Below the pieces are notes generated by a model. That model saw nothing but the letters and a program-made list of their open reading frames with translations, searched no databases and was not told the origin of the DNA. The translations under genes and the position numbers were made by a program. Positions 10,083 to 18,741 of a stretch of 64,000 nt of DNA are shown one piece after another. The DNA lies in the NCBI GenBank assembly GCA_963765385.1, contig CAVXWG010000009.1, positions 81,018 to 145,017 on the forward strand, read 5' to 3'. How positions within the stretch are numbered: the stretch's first letter is position 1; each line of letters opens with the position of its first letter. The stretch is from an uncultured Alphaproteobacteria bacterium. GTDB taxonomy: Bacteria; Pseudomonadota; Alphaproteobacteria; Reyranellales; Reyranellaceae.

Positions 10083-10715
10083 TTTTCAGGATCAGTGTCC
10101 TGTTGCTGCCTGCTTTTTCGGCGGTGCTTGTTTCGGCTGCAAATGCCCTACAAGGCTGGGAAATCGAGCAGGCTCTGCGACTTTTCGGTCAGCAGCCACG
10201 GCCGTTGCTGCAATCGAAGAGCTGCTCCAAGCGTGCCTGAGCGCGGGCGCGACTGATTATCGTATTTTCATGTCCCAGGGCGTCATGGCGCGCGACGCGG
10301 CTGAGACCGTCGCGCCATCGAGTTGCTGCAAAAGGCACATCAGATGGCGCCGGCCGAACCCAACCCCGCCCTCGAGCTGGCCTTCACGCTCGAGCACCAC
10401 CATGGCCGCGCGTCGGCCGCGATTTACGAGGAGATCTTGTCCAAGGACCACGCTGCGCTGTACCCGAAGACTCAGGAAGCCCGCATCGGCCTGTCCAAGG
10501 TCGATGATGTCTGTCGCTATGTCTTTGACGTCAACGGCGTGTTCGTCTCGACCAACATGGGCACCCGATGGGGTGACGGGGCCAGCGGGCTGATCGGCAT
10601 CACTGCGGTCGACACGCTGGAAGTGGGTGAACTGCACTACACAACTCCATCAATGCCGATATGCGTGCGACGGTTGGCATTCGCTTCAACTGGCAGCCCC
10701 CTGGGATGGCTCTGA
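10077..10715 (+). pseudogene. Fragmented secreted TPR-like protein gene
   Basis: Signal-like LIFRISVLLLPAFSAVLVSAANA, then across frame changes DYRIFMSQGVMARDA / AIELLQKAHQMAPAEPNPALELAFTLE / AAIYEEILSKD...EARIGL. Confidence 0.45.
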
Positions 10716-10717
10716 TC

Positions 10718-11824
10718 ATGAAAAAGGCAGTACAGAAGAAACGACCCCTCACGGTCGTGAAGGCAACAGGCCGAGGGGCGCTGAACATATTGCTGGTCGA
10801 CAGCAACGTGGCCGACGCCTCCCGAATGAAGCAGTGTCTGGAAGACGGCGCCCGGGCGTCGGTCGACCACGCTGCCGACACGGTGGTCGCGACCCACATG
10901 ATGGCTGAACGGGAATGGGATCTCGTCATCATCGATCCCGTGGTTCCCGAGGGGTTCGAGTTCCTGAAGCGGGCGAAGTCGCTCGACCGATGGCTCGCGG
11001 CGCTGATCGTCACTGGACGGCTCGATCCGGAATTCCTGCAGCTGGCGGTCCAGGCCAGGATCGACGGCTTGATGTTCAAGCCGGTGACGGATGCGCAATT
11101 CACCAAGCAGGCGTTGCTGCTGGCCGGCGAGGCGCGGATGCGCCGGAACCGCCAGCAAAAGCGTGTGCTGGCGATCGGCGCGCATCCGGACGATGTCGAG
11201 ATCGGCTGCGGCGGCGCGCTGGCGAAACATCGCTCCAAGGGCGACCTGCTGCACATCCTGACGCTCAGCCGCGGCGCGGCCGGCGGCGATGTGAATGTCC
11301 GCGCCGAAGAAGCGCAGCAGGCCGCCGAGCTGCTGGGCGCAAAGCTCGAGTTCGGCAACGTAGCTGACGGCCATATCACCGAAGGCATCGAAACCATCGA
11401 GCTGATCGAAGCGGCGATCCGGGATCTGCGGCCGACTCACGTCTACACGCATTCCCTTGAGGACACGCATCAGGATCATCGCGCCGTCCACACAGCGAGC
11501 CTGGTCGCGGCGCGCGGCGTGCCCAACGTCTATTGCTATCAGGCGCCGTCCTCGACCGTGGAATTCAGCCCGAACCGGTTCGTCGACATAACGGATTTCA
11601 TCAAGGCCAAGCTCACGGCTATCGGGGTCTACAAGAGCCAGGTCTCGCGCAGCGCCATGCTTCAGGACGACGTCATCCTGGCGACGGCGCGCTACTGGGG
11701 CCGTTATGCCGGGCATGTGCTGGCCGAGCCGATGAGGATCATCCGGCAGCGCGACGGCGAGATGAAACCCGACATTGCCGCCGAACAGCCGGTCGTCAAG
11801 CTGGTGTCGCAGTCGGCCAAGTGA
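10718..11824 (+). CDS. Response-regulator receiver domain fused to a PIG-L/LmbE family deacetylase
   Basis: REC: ILLVD, DLVIID, IVTG, FKP. PIG-L: VLAIGAHPDDVEIGCGG, HQDH, PNRFVDIT. Confidence 0.9.
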   Translation: MKKAVQKKRPLTVVKATGRGALNILLVDSNVADASRMKQCLEDGARASVDHAADTVVATHMMAEREWDLVIIDPVVPEGFEFLKRAKSLDRWLAALIVTGRLDPEFLQLAVQARIDGLMFKPVTDAQFTKQALLLAGEARMRRNRQQKRVLAIGAHPDDVEIGCGGALAKHRSKGDLLHILTLSRGAAGGDVNVRAEEAQQAAELLGAKLEFGNVADGHITEGIETIELIEAAIRDLRPTHVYTHSLEDTHQDHRAVHTASLVAARGVPNVYCYQAPSSTVEFSPNRFVDITDFIKAKLTAIGVYKSQVSRSAMLQDDVILATARYWGRYAGHVLAEPMRIIRQRDGEMKPDIAAEQPVVKLVSQSAK

Positions 11825-11830
11825 TCGCAT

Positions 11831-12798
11831 ATGCGCATTCTCATGACCGGCGCGGGTGGTCCCTCGGCCATCAGCGTCTGGAAGAGCCTGTCGGCCCAGC
11901 ACGAGATTCACATGGCCGACATGGATCGGTGTGCGGCCGGCCTTTATTCGTGCCCGAGGAGAGTCGTCTGCTGGTGCCGCGCGGCGACGCACCCGAGCTC
12001 GTGCCGGCTCTGCTCGTGGCATGCCGGGCGAGAAAGATCGACCTCCTGCTCCCCACGGTCGATTCGGAGTTCGTGCCGCTGGCCTTGGCGCGCGCCGAGT
12101 TCGAGGCGCTCGGCGTCGCCCTGCCGATCTCGCCCCTCGATTGCCTGCGCGTCTGCCGCGACAAGCATGAGCTGCTCGCCCGCGTGAAGGGCATCGTCCC
12201 TGTGCCCGAATACGAGCCTCTTACCGAGGACGCCGCGGCGCGCGTGACCTCGTTCCCGCGTTTCGTCAAGCCGCGCCTCGGCGCCGGGTCGCGAGTCGCC
12301 GAGAAGATTACCCGGCGCGAGGATCTCGCCGCGCTGCCCAAGGATGGGTCCATCCTGGTGCAGGAGTATCTGCCGGGTGAGGAATATTCCGTCGACGTCT
12401 ATGACCGCGGCGATGGCCGGGTCATAGCTGCGGTGCCGCGCGAGCGCATGAAGACCGATTCGGGCATCGCCGTCACCGCCCGTACGGTCGACGTGCCGGA
12501 AGTCATCGAATCCGCGCGCCGCGTGGCGCAGGAGATCGGCGTCCGCTATGTCGCGAACGTGCAGTTCAAGCGCGCGGCCGACGGCTTCTTCAAGCTGCTC
12601 GAGGTCAATCCGCGATTTCCCGGCACCTTGCCGTTGACCACAGCGGCCGGAGTCGACATGCCGAAGCTTCTGGTCGACGATATTGCCGGCAGGAAGCTGC
12701 CGGACGGGCCCTTGCCGTTCAAGGAGATCATGGTCGTTCGCTTTTGGACCGAGCGCTACGTCGACCCGCAGGAGTGGGTGAAGCTGTGCCGCCGGTAA
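11831..12798 (+). CDS. ATP-grasp domain protein, frameshifted near 11947
   Basis: MRILMTGAGGPSA...GLY then FVP...LPTVDSE, DK, FVKPRLGAGS, VQEYLPGEEYSVD, NVQFK, LLEVNPRFPG. Confidence 0.88.
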
Positions 12799-13481
12799 CC
12801 ACCTGGCTCGTCCGCCATGGGCAAAGCAGGGTCAATGCCGGGCTGCCGACAGAAGGTCACGACGACGTGCCGCTGACTGAGCTGGGCCGCGAGCAGGCGT
12901 GCGCGGTCGCGCGCCGTGTCGACCGCCGGCCGGATCTGCTGATCGTCTCGCCGTTCCTGCGCGCGCGCGCGACCTGCGACCCCATCCAGGCGCGCTGGCC
13001 GGCGACGCGCTGCGAGACCTGGCCGATCCAGGAGTTGACCTATCTCAGTCCCGCGCGCTGCCGCGGCACCACATCGGCGACCCGCCGGCCGATGGTCGAC
13101 GCCTATTGGCGGCGCTGCGATCCGCACTATGTCGACGGCGCCGACGCGGAATCCTTCAGCGCCTTCTCGAACAGGCTTCGCGACTTTCATCACCGCCTGC
13201 TCGCGCTCGACTGCGCCTACGTGATCGTCGTGGGGCACGGACAATTCTTTCGCGCCTACATGATGTGCCTGAGCGACGGCTTCACGGTGACGCCTGATTG
13301 GATGGCCCGTTACAGGACGGTCGAAACGGGCAAGCCCATCGCGAATTGCGAGGTCATCGAGCTTGGTGGCGAAACGCTTGGCCGAGCGCGCGAAGCCGGG
13401 GTCGCTGCGTCATCTGCCCAGAATGAAATAGGCGGCGATCAAGAGCGTGATGAAGGCAAGAATCCCGATCTCGCTCCATAG
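12786..13481 (+). CDS. Histidine phosphatase (phosphoglycerate mutase family)
   Basis: WLVRHGQS, PLTELGREQA, VSPFLRA, VVGHG; GTG start overlaps the ATP-grasp stop. Confidence 0.88.
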   Translation: MPPVTTWLVRHGQSRVNAGLPTEGHDDVPLTELGREQACAVARRVDRRPDLLIVSPFLRARATCDPIQARWPATRCETWPIQELTYLSPARCRGTTSATRRPMVDAYWRRCDPHYVDGADAESFSAFSNRLRDFHHRLLALDCAYVIVVGHGQFFRAYMMCLSDGFTVTPDWMARYRTVETGKPIANCEVIELGGETLGRAREAGVAASSAQNEIGGDQERDEGKNPDLAP

Positions 13482-13560
13482 CAGACGGCTTTCCGTTGCC
13501 ACGCCTTCGTCCAAGAGCTTCTGGTAATCGTCCTTCTCGAGCGCACTCTCATCCTGAAGC
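13410..13560 (-). CDS. Small single-pass membrane protein (start uncertain)
   Basis: SALEKDDYQKLLDEGVATESRLLWSEIGILAFITLLIAAYFILGR* reads like real protein; it overlaps the non-conserved ends of both neighbours. Confidence 0.45.
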
Positions 13561-15919
13561 GAGGGTCGCTTTTTCCTGCCGTCTGGAACTGCCGAACAGA
13601 CAGGCGAAGCGGGTCGATCCGACGGCCTGCCAGCCGGCGTTTCGTGATAGGTTCGATGGCACCACTCCGTCGCTGCGAGGCCTGTGCATTCCCGCTGATC
13701 CCCTGAAGCCCGGCGCTTCCCCGCTGTTGCCTGCCGAACAGCAAACGGCGTTGCAGGACAGCGTCGACCGGGCGAGGCGCTTTCTCCTCGGGCAGGCAAA
13801 GACCAGGACGCCGCACAAATCGTCTTTGCTTGTTCCCGACGATCCTGCCGTGGGCAGAACGTCGACCGGAACCTGGACCGGCACCTACATCCTGCCGCCC
13901 GCTCGGAGCGCGTTGCCTTACACTCCGCTCCTGATCAAGGGGCCGCTGTATTTCCCGATCGTCGCCGGAAGGCCGGTGACTTTCCATGGCAGCGTCGATG
14001 CGCCGTTCATCAGCATGTACGGCGCGGTGGGCGTCCGGCTGCTCGACGACAGCGAACGACCGGGCCAGTTCGTGCCCGATCCGGGGTCGCTCTTTGCCGA
14101 CGGCGGGAAGAACTGGGGCAGTTTTTTCGTGGTGGGCAGCCTCGGCGGCGTGACGCAGTTCATTGCCCGGGTGCAGGACAACGCAACGTTCGCGGCATCG
14201 ATGGTGAGTCCCCCCGCCGGCGGGTGGTCGTTTCAGCTCATCAGTTACGCCACCGCGGCTGATGCCTTGGCCGACGCCAACAGGATCCTGATCGGCCATC
14301 CCTGGCGGGAAACAGATCGTCCTGGCGATGTCAGGGACTACGACGTCACGGCCTACGCGAAGGCGCCGCCGCTCTTCACCGACGTCGCGCTACGCGCGAC
14401 CGGCGCCGACTCCGTCATCACCGGCCGCTTGGGCGCTTTCGTCGCCGACCCATCTTGCCACTACAGGATCCTCGTGACCAATGAGGTGGATGTCGAATAC
14501 GCCTGGGCGCTGCAAGAGGCGACGCCTGGTCCGTTCATCATCCGCGAGCCGCGTCCTTTCGGCGGCAAGGTCAGGCTGAGACTCGTCGAGCTGGAGAAGG
14601 GATGTCCCCGGCGTGTCATCGGGCAGGCGTGGGCCGAGGAAAACGCCGCAGTGGGGTCCGCCTGGCCCGACCTCAGGATCGAGTATCGCTCCATCACCGC
14701 CGCCATTCCGTCAGCGCCCACCAGCATTGTGCCGGCCCGCAAGGACGGAACCTGGGCGGTCTCTTTGCGCCCACCGGGAATCGGGCGAGTAGCCTTGGTC
14801 GACGTGAACACCAGGCGGATTTACGGCGAATACACGATGCCATCCGGGCTGCTGAGATCCTACAACGTGCCGGCGGCGGATGCCGGGCAGATGCCGGGCG
14901 ACGTCTATTACGACGATTTCAACGACGCCTGCTTTCTCTACGACCAGGCGGTTGCGCTGATCGCCTTCCTGCAGCTCGGCGAGCGCGACGCGGCCGCGGC
15001 CCTGGTGGATGCGCTGCTCGCCGTCCAGAACCCCGACGGCGGTTTTCCATTCGCCAACGACCAGTCCGTATTGTTCGAGCACGGCAGCGGTTTCATCCGC
15101 ATCGGCGCGGTGGCTTGGGTGGGCTACGCGCTGCTGCTGGCCGACAAGCCCGAGTTTCGCGACTGGTTCTCCGGCAAGACCACCGACGCTGCCCGGAAGT
15201 GCCTGGCCTTCCTGTCAACCTATCAAAATCCGCGCGGCCTGCTGAATGGTGGGAAGGGCCGTTACCTCGGCATCGTGCTGGATCCCGACTATGTCGTTCC
15301 CTGGTGGAGCACCGAGCACAATATCGACGCGTGGTGGTGCTTCGACCTTGCCGCCGACCTGTACGGTGACGCCGGCTACCGCGCGGCCGCCGACAGGATC
15401 AAGGCGGCCCTCGAAACCGACGGCTGGAACGAGGCAAGAGGGATATTCTGGCAAGGCGGGATCTACGCCGCGAGCCATAACACGCCGGACGGGCAACATG
15501 CGCTCGACATGATGAGCTGGGGCGGGTTCGTGCTCAACCGGTGGGGCAGGCGGCAGGCGACGGCGACCGCGATCGCGCGAATGTCGCGGCTGTACTACGT
15601 GACCGATGCGCCGACGGGCCTGTCGGGATTCACGACCTTCATTCCCGAGGACGGCTATCCTGTGGGGACCGTGACGAGCCCCTGGTACGAGGGCAGTTTC
15701 GGGGCAGTCGTCGCCATTCGCAGCCAGGATCCGATGCAGGCGAATGCCCTGATGGGGACGCTGGTGAAGGCGCAGAACGCCGACGGCTCCTATCCGTACG
15801 CGCTGCGCGCGGATCCCATCAATGAGATCCACACCTTCCCGGCCCTGATCGGCGCCGCCTGGAACGTGATCGCCTATTCCGGGCCGCGAACTCCCTACCG
15901 CCGGGTGCTATGGAGTTAG
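13496..15919 (+). CDS. Large hypothetical protein with a C-terminal (alpha/alpha)-barrel (six-hairpin glycosidase/prenyltransferase-like) domain; true start probably downstream of 13600
   Basis: 807-aa ORF; LYDQAVALIA, QNPDGGF, GAVAWVG, STEHNIDAW, ALDMMSW, WYEGS, QNADGSY. Confidence 0.75.
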   Translation: MPRLRPRASGNRPSRAHSHPEARVAFSCRLELPNRQAKRVDPTACQPAFRDRFDGTTPSLRGLCIPADPLKPGASPLLPAEQQTALQDSVDRARRFLLGQAKTRTPHKSSLLVPDDPAVGRTSTGTWTGTYILPPARSALPYTPLLIKGPLYFPIVAGRPVTFHGSVDAPFISMYGAVGVRLLDDSERPGQFVPDPGSLFADGGKNWGSFFVVGSLGGVTQFIARVQDNATFAASMVSPPAGGWSFQLISYATAADALADANRILIGHPWRETDRPGDVRDYDVTAYAKAPPLFTDVALRATGADSVITGRLGAFVADPSCHYRILVTNEVDVEYAWALQEATPGPFIIREPRPFGGKVRLRLVELEKGCPRRVIGQAWAEENAAVGSAWPDLRIEYRSITAAIPSAPTSIVPARKDGTWAVSLRPPGIGRVALVDVNTRRIYGEYTMPSGLLRSYNVPAADAGQMPGDVYYDDFNDACFLYDQAVALIAFLQLGERDAAAALVDALLAVQNPDGGFPFANDQSVLFEHGSGFIRIGAVAWVGYALLLADKPEFRDWFSGKTTDAARKCLAFLSTYQNPRGLLNGGKGRYLGIVLDPDYVVPWWSTEHNIDAWWCFDLAADLYGDAGYRAAADRIKAALETDGWNEARGIFWQGGIYAASHNTPDGQHALDMMSWGGFVLNRWGRRQATATAIARMSRLYYVTDAPTGLSGFTTFIPEDGYPVGTVTSPWYEGSFGAVVAIRSQDPMQANALMGTLVKAQNADGSYPYALRADPINEIHTFPALIGAAWNVIAYSGPRTPYRRVLWS

Positions 15920-15934
15920 AGTACGTTCAGCCTT

Positions 15935-16043
15935 CCTCCCCAACGAAGTTGGGGAGGTGTCCGCGCAGCGGACCTCGGGGTCCTGGGCCACGAAGCGTAT
16001 GACCCCTCGAGCCCTTCAATCCACCTCCCCACGGCGTGGGGAG
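15935..16043. repeat. Degenerate family A palindromic element
   Basis: CCTCCCCAACGAAGTTGGGGAGGTGTCCG ... CACCTCCCCACGGCGTGGGGAG between convergent genes. Confidence 0.65.
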
Positions 16044-16071
16044 CAAGGGATTTTCGATGACGTTGGCGGCG

Positions 16072-17313
16072 CTACTCCGCCGCCTGCTTGCCCTTGCCCA
16101 GTGTCGGCACCGAGCCCGACGCCGCGGCAAAGCGCGGCGAGCTGGTGACCTTGAGGGCCTCGGCGGCATCCTTGTTTTCCATGATCTTGGCCATGATGGC
16201 CTGGCCCGCGCGGTCGAAGACGGCGCGGTTGTCGATCAGGAACTTCTGCGATTCGCGCAGCTTGGCGACGTAGCCGTTGATCTCGGGGATGACGTAGCGC
16301 GCCACCATGTCCCAGCTGCGCATCGTGTTCTCGGGATTGGCCCAGTCATGCACGAAGCCCACCACCGTGCCGAAGCCGCCGCTCTTGTCGTAGACCGACT
16401 TGATCATCTTCACGAGATCGTCGGGCGTGCCGATGGTCGAGGCTGCGCCGTCCATGAAGGCCGTCTTGTCGACCGCCTCGTCGGGCGAGCCGAACGGCTC
16501 GGAGCCGGGGCGCTGCAGAGTGCCGGTGATGTATTCGTTGTGCCAGCGCATCAGTCCGTGCTTGGCCTCCTCGCGCGCCTTTTCGCGTGTCTCGGCGACG
16601 TGCCAGCTGAGCAGCACGCGCCAGTTCTTGCGGTCGACGGAGGTGCCGTGCTTCTTGGCGGCGGCCTCGGCGAAGCCCCATTGCGTCGGCAGCGACAGCA
16701 GCCCCTGGTCCGACATCGAGCCCAGCGAGATGATGCCGATGCCATATTTGCCGGCCAGCGTCATGCCCGACGGGCTGATCTGCGAGGCGACGGCGAAGGG
16801 CATGTCCTCCTGCAGCGGCAGCAGCTGCAGAGCCGCGTCCTGCAGGGTGTACCAGTCGGTCTTTTTGGTGACCCGCTCGCCCTTGAACAGGCGGCGGATG
16901 ACGCCGATCGCGTCGTCCTGGCGGTCGCGCTGCACCATGGGATCGATGCCGAGCGTGTGGGCGTCCGACGGCAGCGCGCCGGGGCCGGAGCCGAAGATCG
17001 CTCGGCCGCCGGTCATGTGGTCGAGCTGCACCATGCGCTGCGCCACGTTGTAGGGATGGTGATAGGGCAGCGAGATCACGCCGGTCCCGAGCTTGATGCG
17101 CTTGGTGCGCTCGCCGGCGGCGGCCAGGAACATCTCCGGCGAGGCGATCATCTCCCAGCCGCTGGAATGGTGCTCGCCGCACCAGAACTCGTCGTAGCCG
17201 AGCTCGTCGAGATGCTCGACGAATTTCAGGTCGCGGCGGAACTGCAGGGTCGGGTTTTCGCCGATGGGGTGGTGGGGCGCGAGAAAGGCGCCGAATCCGA
17301 GCCGCGGCATCAT
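16072..17313 (-). CDS. LLM class flavin-dependent oxidoreductase (limonene monooxygenase-like)
   Basis: FGAFLAPHH, LGYDEFWCGEHH, IKLGTGVISLPYHHP, GSGPGALPSD. Confidence 0.92.
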   Translation of the reverse strand: MMPRLGFGAFLAPHHPIGENPTLQFRRDLKFVEHLDELGYDEFWCGEHHSSGWEMIASPEMFLAAAGERTKRIKLGTGVISLPYHHPYNVAQRMVQLDHMTGGRAIFGSGPGALPSDAHTLGIDPMVQRDRQDDAIGVIRRLFKGERVTKKTDWYTLQDAALQLLPLQEDMPFAVASQISPSGMTLAGKYGIGIISLGSMSDQGLLSLPTQWGFAEAAAKKHGTSVDRKNWRVLLSWHVAETREKAREEAKHGLMRWHNEYITGTLQRPGSEPFGSPDEAVDKTAFMDGAASTIGTPDDLVKMIKSVYDKSGGFGTVVGFVHDWANPENTMRSWDMVARYVIPEINGYVAKLRESQKFLIDNRAVFDRAGQAIMAKIMENKDAAEALKVTSSPRFAAASGSVPTLGKGKQAAE

Positions 17314-17390
17314 GGGCACACTCCTGTGATCTCAGGCCGACAGAATGGACTAACATGGCGGTTGGGTCGATTCGATACGGAGCGCGAGCA

Positions 17391-18119
17391 ATGGCGTCGT
17401 TGAACAACCGGGTTGCGTTGGTGACGGGTGGATCGCGCGGCATAGGTCAGGCCATCGCCGTTTCGCTGGCCGAAGCCGGAGCTGCCGTCGCCGTGAATTA
17501 TCGCGAGAAAGCAGCCGAGGCGCGGAATATGGTCGAAACGATCCGCCGCGCTGGCGGGCGGGCAATGGCGGTGGGCGCCGACGTCTCCCGGGCGGCCGAG
17601 GTGGCTGCGATGGTGGCGGCCGTGGAAAGCGAATTGGGACCTGTCGACGTGCTGGTGAACAATGCCGGCATCGGACTGGTCCGCACCGTCGACGAGCTGA
17701 CCGAAGAGGACTTCGATCGCACCATCGCGGTGAACCTGAAATCGGTGTTCCTCTGCACCCAGGCGGTGGTGCCCGGCATGCGGGCGCGAAGGTGGGGCCG
17801 GATCGTCAACATTTCCTCGGGCGCGGCGCGCGGCGCCGGCGGCGTCGGGCCGCACTACAACGCCTCCAAGGCCGGCATGGAAGGAATGACCCGCGGTTAT
17901 GCCGCGCGGCTGGTCAAGGACGGCATCACGGTGAATGCCGTGGCGCCGTCGCTGATCCAGACCGACATGGTCTCGGCCGTGGCTTCCTCGGCGGCGCGAA
18001 TCCCGCTCGGCCGCTTCGGCACGCCCGAGGAATGCGCCCAGGTCGTGATGATGCTGGTCGGCAACGCGTACATGACCGGCCAGACGGTGGCTCTGAGCGG
18101 CGGGCTGTCGTTCGTGTGA
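17391..18119 (+). CDS. SDR family (3-oxoacyl-ACP reductase-like) oxidoreductase
   Basis: TGGSRGIG, NNAG, YNASK. Confidence 0.92.
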   Translation: MASLNNRVALVTGGSRGIGQAIAVSLAEAGAAVAVNYREKAAEARNMVETIRRAGGRAMAVGADVSRAAEVAAMVAAVESELGPVDVLVNNAGIGLVRTVDELTEEDFDRTIAVNLKSVFLCTQAVVPGMRARRWGRIVNISSGAARGAGGVGPHYNASKAGMEGMTRGYAARLVKDGITVNAVAPSLIQTDMVSAVASSAARIPLGRFGTPEECAQVVMMLVGNAYMTGQTVALSGGLSFV

Positions 18120-18132
18120 TCGGATTCCTGTG

Positions 18133-18729
18133 ATGCTACGCGTCCTCGGCAAGGCCTCGTCGATCAATGTCCGCAAGGTGCTGTGGACCTGCGAGGAGAT
18201 CGGCATCGCCCACACGCGCGTCGACGACGGCCGGGAGCTGGCGCAGAATCCCAACGGCCTGGTGCCGGTGATCGTCGACGGCGATTTCGTTCTGTGGGAG
18301 AGCAACAGCATCATCCGCTATCTCGCGAACAAGTGGGCGGCCGTCGCGCTGCTGCCCCGCGAGCCTCGGGCGCGCGCGGAGGTCGACCGATGGATCGACT
18401 GGCAGGCGACGGAGCTCAATAATTCCTGGCGCTACGCCTTTTCGGCGATCGGGCGCCGCAATCCGGCGTTCGGCGACGACCGCCGGGTGGAGGCATCGAT
18501 AGTGGACTGGACGAGGATGATGGCCATCCTGCAAGCCCGCTTCGCCATCACCGGCGCCTACGTCGCCGGCGCGACGTTTACCCTGGCCGACATTCCGATC
18601 GGGCTCTCGGTCAATCGCTGGTTCATGACGCCGCTGCAGCGTCCGGCGTTTGCCGCCGTGGCGGCGTATTACGAGCGCCTGAGTGCACGGCCCGCTTTCC
18701 TGAAGCATGGCCGCAACGGGATCGAGTAG
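18133..18729 (+). CDS. Glutathione S-transferase family protein
   Basis: SINVRKVLW, NPNGLVPV, LWESNSIIRYL, FTLADI. Confidence 0.92.
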   Translation: MLRVLGKASSINVRKVLWTCEEIGIAHTRVDDGRELAQNPNGLVPVIVDGDFVLWESNSIIRYLANKWAAVALLPREPRARAEVDRWIDWQATELNNSWRYAFSAIGRRNPAFGDDRRVEASIVDWTRMMAILQARFAITGAYVAGATFTLADIPIGLSVNRWFMTPLQRPAFAAVAAYYERLSARPAFLKHGRNGIE

Positions 18730-18741
18730 AGGGTCCGGGAC

